DNA of 64,000 nucleotides, taken from the NCBI RefSeq assembly GCF_964204645.1, contig NC_134032.1:4922175-4986174 (forward strand), read 5' to 3'. Numbering within the stretch: position 1 is the first letter of the stretch; each line of letters opens with the position of its first letter. This DNA is from Tubulanus polymorphus. Lineage: Eukaryota; Animalia; Nemertea. Below are positions 25,333-35,948 of the stretch, piece by piece. The position numbers were made by a program, and so were the translations under genes. Below the pieces are notes generated by a model. That model searched no databases. It was not told the DNA's origin and worked only from the letters and a program-made list of their open reading frames with translations.

Positions 25333-26763
25333 ATGGAAGTAGAAGGTGTAGAAGATATTGGAATGGATCCTTTTGATGAACCTGGTATAAATGATGAACA
25401 ACCACCTGATTTTGATGAAACAAGTTTTAATGATGGTAATGAAACAGCATATAATTCTAATTTAACTACACCTCAATATATTGATAAAACACGTTCAAAG
25501 ATAAGTATTGAAAATGAAGTACCAGAAATAACAGAAAAAGAATTAAAATATAATGAAATTATTTATGAATTTAAACCAATAATAGAAAAATCTGGATTCA
25601 ATATAACAAATAAAGGTATGAATCATTTAGTAAAAAATTTAAAATTTTTAAATGGTGAATATTATTGGAAATTGAAAGGCGACTATTATTTTAAGATTTC
25701 AAATCTTAAAAGTGGTGATAAAATAATAACAAAATCAACTTTTAATTTATTAGAACAATCTAGAATTAAGAAAATCAAAAATGATGCTATAATTGATGTT
25801 ACACAAGAAGAAAGATCTGATAATATAAAAGAATTTAAAAAAAGAAATGCTAAATTTTTTAAGATAATCAATAATAATTTAGAAACAGAAACAACTTCTG
25901 AACAGAATATAACTTCCAAAACTAGTTAACTTAAATCAAATAAAGTTCAAACTGAAAAACTTTTACCAAATGGATTACTTGATGCAACAGATCAAGAATT
26001 AGAAGATTTAGATATATTTTCTGATAAAGCAATTAGAGAAATTGAAAGTATAAGACTTGCATCTGATAAAATTGCGCATGATAAAAGTATAAGAGATTTT
26101 AAAATTAGAACTTTAGAAAAAGATAGAACTGATAAAAATAAAGAAATAGAACAACTAAAATTAGATAGAGATAATAAAGTTATTGAAGAAATTGAATTTA
26201 AAAGAAGAAATGCATATTTAGAAAAAGAAAAAGATGATTTAGAATATAACATAGAATTACAAAAAGAAGAAATTAAATTATTATTAAAATCATATGATTA
26301 TAATATAAATAGATTAAAAGTTATTTTTAAAGATTTGTTGATTAAACCAAATTCTGAAATATCATTAAAAGACAGAATAAAGTTATTATTTAAGTTAGAA
26401 GGAATAACAATTCTTTCAATTCTAACAGCTGTAACTATGGTATTTACAACAATTGGTTTAGCTATTTCAAATTCATTAAAATCTACTCCTACTCCCACTC
26501 CCAATAAACCAGATAAACCTCCAAGCAATAATTCTATACAAGATAAAGTTAAGGATGGTTTAAAGAAATTAGCAAAATATTTATGGGAACTATCTAAAAA
26601 ATCTGCTGCAGCTTTACCAGGAGTTATTGCTTCAATTGTTGGTTTTATATTGAAATCTGCAGGTAATATTCTTAACTTTGCTGCTGAACATATTATTTTA
26701 TTTTTAATTACAGTTGTAAGTGCTATTATTTTTGGGTTAGTAAACATAATAAAAAATAAATAA
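25333..26763 (+). pseudogene. Coiled-coil protein with multi-TM C-terminus; premature TAA at 25927
   Basis: ORFs 25333-25929 and 26335-26763 share one frame; the homolog in element 3 has AAA (KTSKLKS) at the stop position. Confidence 0.8.
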
Positions 26764-26783
26764 TTAATTTTTTTGTTAAATAA

Positions 26784-28031
26784 ATGAGTGGGAGTTATAT
26801 AAGTCCTTCTAAGATTTCTAGAATATCTAATGCTATTAAAGCAGAAAGATCACATCATATAATTACTCATAACCCTTCAAATATTAATCCCGATGAAACT
26901 TTATACGTTAGAATCCCTCGATTAACACAAAATACTTTTTATGTTCCAAACAGTATTTATTTATCAGCTGATATAAAAGTAATCGGTAATAATAATAATT
27001 ATGTCGTTGATAATGTTGGAAGATATTTGATTAAAAAGTTAACAATAAAGATTGGTCCGGAAACAGTTTTCTCATTAGATGATTATAATTTATTTATGCA
27101 TTATAAAGATTTATGGTTAACAAAAGAAAATAGAAATAATATGATATTTCAAGGCATCCAATCAGAAAACCAAAATAAATTAAGATCTGAAGCCAATAAC
27201 GCAATAGTAAATAATGACGTAGATAATTTGATTAAAAAGATTTATGGAAGCAAATATAAAATTCCATTAGATTTTGAATTGATAAATAATAATGCACCTT
27301 TATATAAATACGCAATTCAAGAAGATATTATATTTGAGATAACATTTGCTCCTGTAAATGAAATTGTATTATCTAGTGTTGTTAAAGATATGAGTTATAA
27401 ATTATCGAATATATGTTTAGAATATGATACAGTAACTGATGAAAATATTGCTAGAACAATTCAAACTCAATACAATCAAGGATTTTCATTATTATATGAT
27501 TATATTGATAAATTTAAAACTGTAACTATTAATGCAAATGATGAAATAATTAATGAGAATATTAACTTTCCTAGAAGATCTATTAAAGGCATATTAATAT
27601 TTTTTACCATTGGAACGTATACTAATGGCGCAATAAATGTTGATAATTATTATAATCCTGAAATAACAAAAGTAGAAATAACTATCGAAGGAATAGCAAA
27701 TAAAATATTTTGTCAAGGAATGAGAATGATAGATCAATGGGTAGAAATTAAAAAACATTTTATGAATGAAAAAGTAAAATCATTTGAAAATTGTAACATT
27801 AATCAAATTGATTATTATACCGGTAATAAATTTGCATTATGGGTAGATTTTAGAACAACTGAAGATAATTCATTACATGGTTCTGGGAAAAAATTACAAA
27901 ATACAAAAGATGGGATCCAATTATTTATGAAAAAGAAAAAGGGAATCAAAAATTTTAAAATGCACATTTATATTATATCTGACGCACAATTAAATATTGT
28001 AAATTCTCAATTAGATAGTATTCAATATTAG
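26784..28031 (+). CDS. Major capsid protein (double jelly-roll, Polinton type)
   Basis: 415 aa, beta-rich; NPSNINPDETLYVRIP, YKLSNICLEYD, YYNPEITKVEITIEG, LWVDFRT..DNSLHGSG; size and position fit. Fold not computed. Confidence 0.8.
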   Translation: MSGSYISPSKISRISNAIKAERSHHIITHNPSNINPDETLYVRIPRLTQNTFYVPNSIYLSADIKVIGNNNNYVVDNVGRYLIKKLTIKIGPETVFSLDDYNLFMHYKDLWLTKENRNNMIFQGIQSENQNKLRSEANNAIVNNDVDNLIKKIYGSKYKIPLDFELINNNAPLYKYAIQEDIIFEITFAPVNEIVLSSVVKDMSYKLSNICLEYDTVTDENIARTIQTQYNQGFSLLYDYIDKFKTVTINANDEIINENINFPRRSIKGILIFFTIGTYTNGAINVDNYYNPEITKVEITIEGIANKIFCQGMRMIDQWVEIKKHFMNEKVKSFENCNINQIDYYTGNKFALWVDFRTTEDNSLHGSGKKLQNTKDGIQLFMKKKKGIKNFKMHIYIISDAQLNIVNSQLDSIQY

Positions 28032-28061
28032 AAATATAAAGTTAAAATTAAGGATATATAA

Positions 28062-29189
28062 ATGAGTGGTAAAAAAACTCCTAATACTAAAGAACAATAT
28101 TTAAGAAATTTATATTGCAACCCTGAGAGTTCGGTTGCTTATTCTTCTACTAAAAATATATGGCGTAAAGTAAAACAAGATAAATTAGATAAGATAATCC
28201 CACAAAATTTAGTTAAATATAAAGATATAAATGAATTTATGTTAGAACAACCAACATATACAACACATAAAAAAATTGTTAGAAAATATAAAACTCGTAA
28301 AACTATGGTAAGTTATGTAGATCAACAGTGGCAAGGAGATTTAATTGATATGAAAAATCTTAAAAAAGATAATAATGATTATTGGTGGATATTGAATATA
28401 ATTGATATTTTTAGTCGTTATGTATGGAGCTTCCCACTTTATAGAAAAGATGCTGCACAAACATCACATGTTTTAAGAAAATTTCTTTCAGGTGGTAAAC
28501 TAAAACCAGAAAAAATTCAATTTGATGATGGAAAAGAATTTGATAATTCATTAGTTCATGGACTTTTAGATTTTCATAATATTAAATATTTTTCGACAAA
28601 ATCGGATAAAAAAGCAGCAGTTGTTGAACGATTTAATAGAACATTGAGAACAAGAATGTCAAAATATTTCACAGCAAATAATACTTATAAATGGATTGAT
28701 GTTTTACCAAAATTTATAGAAGGATATAATAATTCTTATCATTCTTCTATTGGAATGAAACCTATTGATGCTAGAAAACCTGAAAATGCTGAAATTGTTT
28801 GGAATAATTTATATGGAGCATTTCTTGTTGATGATTTTGGTGAACCTAAATTTAAATTTGGTCAAAATGTTAGAATTTCTAAGTATAAAAAGATATTTGA
28901 CAAAGGATACGATCGAAATTTTACTAGAGAAATATATAAAATAAAAAAGGTAATAACAACAAAACCATATGTCTATAAATTAGAAGATTTAGATGGTGAA
29001 GAAGTTGATGGCTACTTTTACGAAGAAGAATTAAGTTTAACTACTGAAAATCTAGAACAAGAATATAAAATTGAAAAAGTACTAAAAACAAAAACTGTTA
29101 AAAGAAAAAAATATTCTTTAGTAAAATGGGTTGGATGGCCAGATAAATTTAATGAATGGATATTATCAAGTAAAATTAAAAATATATAA
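28062..29189 (+). CDS. int: Retroviral-like (rve) integrase with C-terminal chromodomain
   Basis: WQGDLIDM, IDIFSRY, IQFDDGKEF, VERFNRTL, YNNSYH; chromodomain YKIEKVL...LVKWVGWPDKFNEWI; intact ORF. Confidence 0.95.
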   Translation: MSGKKTPNTKEQYLRNLYCNPESSVAYSSTKNIWRKVKQDKLDKIIPQNLVKYKDINEFMLEQPTYTTHKKIVRKYKTRKTMVSYVDQQWQGDLIDMKNLKKDNNDYWWILNIIDIFSRYVWSFPLYRKDAAQTSHVLRKFLSGGKLKPEKIQFDDGKEFDNSLVHGLLDFHNIKYFSTKSDKKAAVVERFNRTLRTRMSKYFTANNTYKWIDVLPKFIEGYNNSYHSSIGMKPIDARKPENAEIVWNNLYGAFLVDDFGEPKFKFGQNVRISKYKKIFDKGYDRNFTREIYKIKKVITTKPYVYKLEDLDGEEVDGYFYEEELSLTTENLEQEYKIEKVLKTKTVKRKKYSLVKWVGWPDKFNEWILSSKIKNI

Positions 29190-29799
29190 ATGAATAAGGA
29201 ATTATTCATATTTGAACCTCATAATATGTTAATTTCTGGTGTAACAAATTGTGGAAAAAACTTATTTTATATTAAATTTATTAGAAACTGTTTATGAAAA
29301 CTATTTTGATAATATAGTATTATTTTGTCCAACATATGAATTTAATCAAACTTATGATAGAAACATTACTAGAAATAATAAATTTATTATATTAGATCCT
29401 AAAACAGTAAAAGAAAATTTAGATAATTGTATAAAAATAGCAATTGATATTTATAAAGGATCAAATACATTATTTATCATAGATGATTGTGCTAATCTAC
29501 ATGATTCAAAAGTTAGAGAAAGTGAGTTATGTTATTTAGCTTTTTCTGGCAGACATTTTGGGATAACAACTTGGGTTTTAAATCAAAAATATAATTCAAT
29601 TGTTAAAGACTTTAGAGAAAACATTAGATTTCTAGTTTTATTCTACAATAAAGATAGAAAATCGATGAAAAATGCACTTGAGGAAAATGATATTATTCCA
29701 CATGATTTACATAATGAATATATGGATAAGTTGAAAAATATTAAAAGATCAAAATTACTATTTAGATTACAACACCCATTTAAATATGAATTTATTTAA
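29190..29799 (+). pseudogene. A32/FtsK-like packaging ATPase; +1 frameshift in an A-run inside Walker A
   Basis: MNKELFIFEPHNMLISGVTNCGK/TYF; Walker B LFIIDD; SGRHFGIT...NQ; intact homologs at 34260 and 42351. Confidence 0.9.
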
Positions 29800-29804
29800 A
29801 TTCA

Positions 29805-30172
29805 ATTAGTTTGTTAATCTAGTTGAATTCTAGTTATTGGTAGTTGTAACAAAAATCAAATAGATTTAACAATATTTTAACTAGCTTGTTAATCTAGTTT
29901 AATTCTAGTTACATTCTAGTTGAATTCTAGTTGTTAGTAGTTGAAACAAAAATCAACTAGAATGTAACTAGAAATAAACAAAAACAACAATATTTCAACT
30001 AGCTTGTTAATCTAGTTGAATTCTAGTTACATTCTAGTTGAATTCTAGTTGTTAGTAGTTGAAACAAAAATCAACTAGATTTAACAAGAAATAAACAAAA
30101 ACACTAATATTTCAACTAGCTTGTTAATCTAGTTGAATTCTAGTTACATTCTAGTTAAATTCTAGTTGCAAC
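29805..30172. repeat. Non-coding CTAG/GAATTC-rich array (~117-118-bp units built from 11-bp subunits, with internal inversions)
   Basis: AACTAGCTTGTTAATCTAG recurs at 29879, 29997 and 30114; subunits TTCTAGTTGAA/TTCTAGTTACA; inverted AACTAGAATGTAACTAGAA. Confidence 0.9.
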
Positions 30173-30201
30173 ATCACACAATTAATTTTTTTGTTATATA
30201 A

Positions 30202-30792
30202 ATGGTAGGTGAAAAGAAAATAAAATCTAAAAATGGTGATGTTCCAATTGAAAAAACTTTAGATGATTTAGGAATAACAGAAACAAAATTAACTCCAGAT
30301 GATGGTGCTTTAAATAATGTAACAACAAATAATAATTATGAATATTATCTTTATTGTAAACATCAATTAGAAATATTAATAGCATCTGGAAAATGTAAAA
30401 ATTTTGTCGGTAAAAATTTAACTTATAATGAATTAGATACAATGAAATCAGATGAAATTATTAGATTATTTAAGATTTATGAAGCCGCGAGAACAGCTAG
30501 AATTAATGATGCGATATCAGAAAATGTAGTAAAAGGTTATAGTAAATTATGTAATTATATACTACCAATTGAAGATGAAAATAGATTATATTCCGATTTA
30601 AAAAATGATTATTTAGTTATGACAGAATTAAATAAATGGATTGGATATTTATCATTTCAATTAGGTGGATTTATGACATTATTATCAACTGGGGTTATAA
30701 CATTTTCAAATATTGAAAGTAAAAATATTTCTATAATAAATGAGCGAGGTGGAAGAAGTGAAGAAAAAACCGAGATCACAGAAACAAATTGA
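30202..30792 (+). CDS. Polinton hypothetical protein with C-terminal hydrophobic segment (196 aa)
   Basis: TAAATG start; 3' half homolog at 36310-36620 (-). Confidence 0.8.
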   Translation: MVGEKKIKSKNGDVPIEKTLDDLGITETKLTPDDGALNNVTTNNNYEYYLYCKHQLEILIASGKCKNFVGKNLTYNELDTMKSDEIIRLFKIYEAARTARINDAISENVVKGYSKLCNYILPIEDENRLYSDLKNDYLVMTELNKWIGYLSFQLGGFMTLLSTGVITFSNIESKNISIINERGGRSEEKTEITETN

Positions 30793-31093
30793 ATGGTCTC
30801 GGCAATTAGGAATTAAATCACAAGAATATAAAAAAGCTGTAAAAGAAAAAATAAGTAATAAAAATGTTAATAAAAATAGTGAAAATATTGTTATTTCTAA
30901 TCCTTCTAATGATAGAATATTTGATAAATATTTATATTTTACAGTTGGATTTGTAATTGTATTCATTTTGATTGGGTGTAATTGGTATAAGAAATCAAAT
31001 AAAATTCATGGTATTAGTAATTCTGAACCAACTGCTATCAAAAATGAAAGTACTTCTGAAATTCCAAAATTGATAATAAAAAAAATGGATTAA
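30740..31093 (+). CDS. Single-TM basic Polinton protein (117 aa)
   Basis: KPRSQKQIEWSRQLG motif shared with the homolog starting at 36317 (-); central TM. Confidence 0.8.
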   Translation: MSEVEEVKKKPRSQKQIEWSRQLGIKSQEYKKAVKEKISNKNVNKNSENIVISNPSNDRIFDKYLYFTVGFVIVFILIGCNWYKKSNKIHGISNSEPTAIKNESTSEIPKLIIKKMD

Positions 31094-31283
31094 TATTATA
31101 GAAAAAAAGCAAAAAAAAATAATTTTTTTAATTAATTAAATATTAATTGAATATCTCACTACTTTTGTCTATCACTGTGTGGGCGCCGTTTATGACACCA
31201 TCTATGAGGAGCAATTAAATTGTCCAGATAAGTCATTTCGGATTCTAGATATTCATTATTTTTATTAATCTATTTTTTTAAAT

Positions 31284-31610
31284 TTAATCAACAATTTCTA
31301 AATCATGATGGCCATCTTCATTTTTCCCATGATATATTATTTTAAATCCTACTAAATCTTTCAATTCCTCCATACTCAATGAAACCCATTTATCGGGTAA
31401 AAACACTTTAAATTCTCGCGATGTACTAACATTACAGTAGCTTAAATTAGCTGATACTTTCTCTCCATATTTAGTTTTTATCTTTTCTAATTTTAATATT
31501 TTATGTTCAATTTCTTTTGTAACATCAACTAACTTTTTTATTTCAAATTGTTTTTTTGCTGGTTTTATTCTGTTAATTATTGTTGCTAAGAATGCTTTTC
31601 TATCTCCCAT
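31284..31610 (-). CDS. Small viral protein, possibly OB-fold ssDNA-binding (108 aa)
   Basis: TKYG...FKVFLP...YHGK pattern; start codon lies inside the right TIR; homolog at 56845-57199. Function is inference. Confidence 0.6.
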   Translation of the reverse strand: MGDRKAFLATIINRIKPAKKQFEIKKLVDVTKEIEHKILKLEKIKTKYGEKVSANLSYCNVSTSREFKVFLPDKWVSLSMEELKDLVGFKIIYHGKNEDGHHDLEIVD

Positions 31611-31695
31611 TTATTAGGGGAAAAAATTACTTGTGGTGATGAGTGGTGTCTCGCCCTCTCGCCCTCTGATCTGAACCCCTGATATTCCAATTACT
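31606..31695 (-). repeat. Right TIR of Polinton 1
   Basis: Reverse complement of 14074-14163; includes the ATG of ORF 31284-31610. Confidence 0.95.
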
Positions 31696-33764
31696 ATTAT
31701 ATTATTATTATTATTTTTATTATTATTAATAATAATATGTAGTAGAGCTATGAAATGTTATGAACTGTTCGATATGACATTGTAGATCTATATGATTATG
31801 AAATATGCAAATTATATCAGGGTGACAGATGGCATCAGTAAAAAATGGTCATCAGCAGTCAAACACATCCAAGACAATCATGAAGACTGCAGCCATGAAC
31901 CCATAACATCAGATAAGAAATGGCTGTATCCAGGTAAGATATTATTAATTGCAACCTGCTGAATCAGAATTGAAATCTAATTACATGTGATGAAACATAC
32001 TATTTACAGGATCTTTGGTTGGTGATTCGATACGAAAATATCTGACGAATACACGGGTTGTAAAAAAAGTGAAGATGATGTCACCATGCGGCCAGACCAG
32101 TAAACTGGATTGTCTTCGCAGTGTATTCAATCATTTTGCCCCGAAGATGATTCAGTTCTCTTACAATGGAATGACAAGCAGGTAAGCAAAGTATATAATA
32201 ATTGAGTTATTTCCATTTGTTCATACATATGTCCCTGCTAAGACTTATATCAATCAAGATTTGGAATTAGAATATGTTGACATTTGCTGGAACAAGATAC
32301 TCGAGGACGTAGAAGAAGCAGATAGGCCAAGGAAAATAATCACAGTACCACCGACTCTCACATCAAACAGAGAAAGAATCTCCAAAGAAGAGGCCATTGC
32401 AATGCAAAGGACAAGATTCAAAAACACTAAGAGATGATTGAATGGTAAGCCTCTTGACATTTGTATTTTAAGGTATAATTTCAAATAATCTTGAAATACA
32501 TGCACATGAAAACATGACAATTATATTGATTTTCTTAACAAAAATTCATTCTTTTCAGACTTACTGAAAAAAGGATGACCCAAACGGATGATTGAATTCG
32601 AAGAATAATGTACGAAGAAATATATTTGAAATTTGGCAGTTCAAAGATACCGAGTACGTTTTCCAACATCCGGAATCATGATATATCTTGTATTCGTTTT
32701 ATAAATCATCCTAAAATATTTTTCATGTCTTTTTCAGGTAATGAAGACAAAATATCTACATTTGCATGGAAAGATTAATGGTGAAACTAAGCTAACATGT
32801 CTTAAGTGAAAGTTGTAGACACCAGTTCACTCAATAAATGATCTGTAGAAAATTGATGGGAAACTGCAAATAAAATTATTGATCAACTTTAGCATTAACA
32901 AAACTGCTCCTTACTTGAACAATTGATTGCTTTCAGCTGTTTGAATTAAAACTCAATGGATTGATTGCAAAAAGTTTGATGGATTATAAATATGCAATAA
33001 TAATTTATATTTTATATCTTAGCGATGTCATTGTTTTATAAAAGTATCTGTAAGAAAAGCACAAGTTAAGAAGAATATATGAACGTTGTTTAACGAATTC
33101 CTTCATTTTAATTCATTAAGGTCCATCAATCGACACATTACAAAATCCTTTATATACATGGTCCTCCTCATAACCGTCCTCAAGGAAATGTGCGCGGATG
33201 GACGAAACGACACAAGCAGGCAAAATCTCCTATTCTCCTTGCCCAAATATCCCAAACACCATCGAACAAATGATCTGTACGCTCTATGTCTTAATTTCGC
33301 ATTTTCTGGCCCTTCAGAACTTTTCCGTCCGTACTGACGTTTAAATTCCGTCCACATCAGCTGCAGGACCCAAGGGTTCAAACAGATTGGAGCGAAAGCT
33401 GCCGTGTCCGTCATGCAGGTCTCTTCATTTTTTCACGACGTCAATCTCAATACAGCACACACACACTCCTGCTCCGTCTCTAAGATCTGACAATGTCCAC
33501 ATTGGCACCTAAAAAGATTATCCCTAAAATATTAATTATTAAGGCATGGATAAAGGTATCTGCTTGTAAGCCTATGCTGATTCAATGCAGTACAAGAATA
33601 GTCCAGCAGTGCCAGCACAACAACGTTGAATCGCACCGAGCTTTTGAAACCGAGCTTTTTAAGATTCTCTTATTTCGCCAACAATGCTAAAAAACCTATG
33701 GTTAAATCTACGACTTAATGAATCTTAAAATACACATTTTTAAGTTAAATGTTATATAAACATA

Positions 33765-34169
33765 AGTAATAGGGGTAATGGGCTTTCAAGCCAAAGGTCG
33801 AACGGTCGAGCTCATTAAAAAGAAACATTAAAAGTAATTTAAAACTATAATATATTTTCATAACCGTGTGCATTTTATATTATAACTAAATATTTATTCT
33901 AAGATATCAATAATTTAAATTTAAAAAGCATATTGTATTAAATCAATTGGTCGCTCCACTTCGCTACCGCTCCGCTCCGCGACCAATTGATTTATTTACA
34001 ATACACAAATTCATATAATCAAATATATTTTAATAATAATTATTCTATTATTCAACTGAAATACACACGGTTATGAAAATATATTATAGTTTTAAATTAC
34101 TTTTAATGTTTGTTTTTAATGAACTCGACCATTCAACCTTTAACCTGAAAGCCCATTACCCCTATTACT
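33765..34169. repeat. Left terminal self-complementary hairpin of Polinton 2 (405 bp)
   Basis: Begins AGTAATAGGGG and ends CCCCTATTACT; central stem AAATCAATTGGTCGC/GCGACCAATTGATTT with a GC-rich loop. Confidence 0.9.
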
Positions 34170-34259
34170 CTTGAAATAATCATATACATGAATAACATTT
34201 AAATTGACAGATTATTCAATATAAAAGTGTAAGCTATTATAGAATAGATATATAAATAG

Positions 34260-34871
34260 TTATTTTATAAATTTATATTCATATGGAAATTGTAGTCTCA
34301 GTAATAATTTTGAACCTTTATTATTCTTTAATTTATTCATATATTCATCATGTAATTCAGTGGGTTTAATTTGATTTTCTTCCAATGATTGTTGCATAGA
34401 TTTTTTATCTTTGTTAAAAAATAAAACTAGAAATCTTATATTCTCCCTAAAGTCTTTAACAATTGAATTATATTTTTGATTTAAAACCCATGTTGTTATC
34501 CCAAAATGTCTCCCAGAGAAAGCTAAATAACATAACTCACTTTCTCCCACTTTTGAATCATGTAAATTTAAGCAATCATCTATAATGAATAATGTATTTG
34601 ATCCTTTATAAGTATCAATTGCTATTTTAATACAATTATCTAAATTTTCTTTTACTGTTTTAGGATCTAATATAATAAACTTTTTCATCTTAACTATATC
34701 TCTATTATATGTTTTATTCATTTCATAAGTAGGACAAAATAATATTATATTATCAAAATGATTCTTATAAATAGTTTCTAACAAGTCTAATACGAAATGT
34801 GTTTTACCACAATTGGTAACTCCAGTAACTAACATATTATGCGGTTCAAATATAAATAAATCTTTATTCAT
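34260..34871 (-). CDS. Packaging ATPase (A32/FtsK-like), left-arm copy
   Basis: GVTNCGKT, LFIIDD, SGRH; 203 aa open. Confidence 0.9.
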   Translation of the reverse strand: MNKDLFIFEPHNMLVTGVTNCGKTHFVLDLLETIYKNHFDNIILFCPTYEMNKTYNRDIVKMKKFIILDPKTVKENLDNCIKIAIDTYKGSNTLFIIDDCLNLHDSKVGESELCYLAFSGRHFGITTWVLNQKYNSIVKDFRENIRFLVLFFNKDKKSMQQSLEENQIKPTELHDEYMNKLKNNKGSKLLLRLQFPYEYKFIK

Positions 34872-35948
34872 TTATTCTTTTAATTTTACTAGATAAAATC
34901 CATTCATTAAATTTATCATCGTATCCTTTATATTTCACCAAAGAATACTTTTTTCCTTTAAGAGTTTTTGTTTTCAATACTTTTTCTATTTTGTATTCTA
35001 TTTCATCTGGATTTGGTACAAGTGATAATTCTTGTTCATAGAAATAACCTAAAATTTCTTCATCTTTTAAATCTTCTAATTTATAAACAAATGGTTTAGT
35101 TAATATTAATCATGAATATTTCTTCAGTAAAATTTGGGGTATTACCTTTATAAAATGTTTTTCTGTATTTAGATATTCTTACGTGTTGTCCTATTCTAAA
35201 TTTAGGTTCACCAAAATCATGTGTAACAAACGCACCATATAAATTATTCCAAACTATTTCTGAATTATCTTCTTTTCTAGCTTGTATAGGTTTCATATTT
35301 ATAGAACTATGTTTAGAATTATTATAACCTTTCACCAAATCATCTAACACATCGATATATTTATATGTTTCATTAGCAGTAAAATATTTCCACATTCTAG
35401 TTTTCAATGTTTTATTAAATCTTTCTATAATAGATGCTTTTTTATCTGAGTGTGTTGAAAAATATTTTACATCGTTATCAGATAATAGTTTTTTAAAATG
35501 TTTGTTATAAAATTCCTTACATTCATCAAATTGTATCTTATCTGGAATAGCTTCTTTAAATATAGATTTAAAAGCATTTGTTACTTCTATACCAGTTTTC
35601 TTTTTGATTGGAATTGACCTTGCGTATCTACTGAATATGTCTATGACATTTAATATCAAGAAATATTGTATTGTTGTATTCTTCTAAGTTCTTCATGTCA
35701 ATTAAATCAGCTTGCCATTGTTGATCAATATATGAAACCATAACTTTTCTTGTTAAATAAGTTTTATCCATTTTCTTGTGGATTTGATATGTTGGTTGAT
35801 TTTGTAACCATGATTTTAATTCACTATATTTTATATTGCCATTTTCCTTATCAGATTTAATTTTACCCCATAATTCTGTAACGTTAGAATATGATACCTC
35901 ACTTTCTGGGTTATAATATAACTCTCTTAAATATTGTTCTTTTTTCAT
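34864..35948 (-). pseudogene. int: rve integrase-chromodomain, left-arm copy, frameshifted
   Basis: WQADLIDM, IDIFSRY, IQFDE, IERFNKTL spread over several frames. Confidence 0.9.

Larger units (their letters stand above)
14074..31695 (+). mobile_element. Polinton/Maverick endogenous virus 1, full length (17,622 bp)
   Basis: AGTAAT...ATTACT termini, 90-bp TIRs, perfect 6-bp TSD ATTATA (14068-14073, 31696-31701); encodes pPolB, minor and major capsid proteins, rve integrase and packaging ATPase. Confidence 0.97.
13693..31827 (-). mobile_element. Solo LTR (~507 bp: 13693-14073 + 31702-31827) split by Polinton 1
   Basis: TGTAACC...GGTGACA termini; 4-bp TSD GAAG/GATG (1 mismatch); removing it restores the transposase reading frame. 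Orientation inferred from a minus-strand AATAAA. Confidence 0.7.
11467..32437 (+). pseudogene. Kolobok THAP-domain transposase (multi-exon, interrupted by solo LTR and Polinton 1)
   Basis: THAP exon MPNSCVC...FPKNP...W...VCYRHF; LAGDGRCDSMGHSAKFGSY; FISD-H...YDCWHV; YWCAGSSSPGDKE/GISKKWSS rejoins in frame across 13692/31832; QTS...NHFAPK; C-terminal KEEAIAMQRTRF. Confidence 0.8.

Noticed and set aside
16433-25929. In-frame stops in Polinton 1 genes as evidence of an alternative genetic code or programmed read-through
   Set aside because: The stops are TAA, TGA, TAG and TAA at positions expected to encode different residues (e.g. W, K, probably L). Each is one substitution from a sense codon, and a frameshift also occurs, so this is ordinary decay.
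25686-26747. Antisense ORFs over Polinton genes (also 61275-62615 and others)
   Set aside because: Shadow ORFs of AT-rich coding strands, lacking the TAAATG start shared by the real genes.
29251-29799. Walker-A-less ATPase or programmed frameshift
   Set aside because: A single extra A in a homopolymer; the two homologs in element 2 are intact.
29805-30172. CRISPR-like array inside the Polinton
   Set aside because: The sequences between repeats are themselves repeated; there are no unique spacers.
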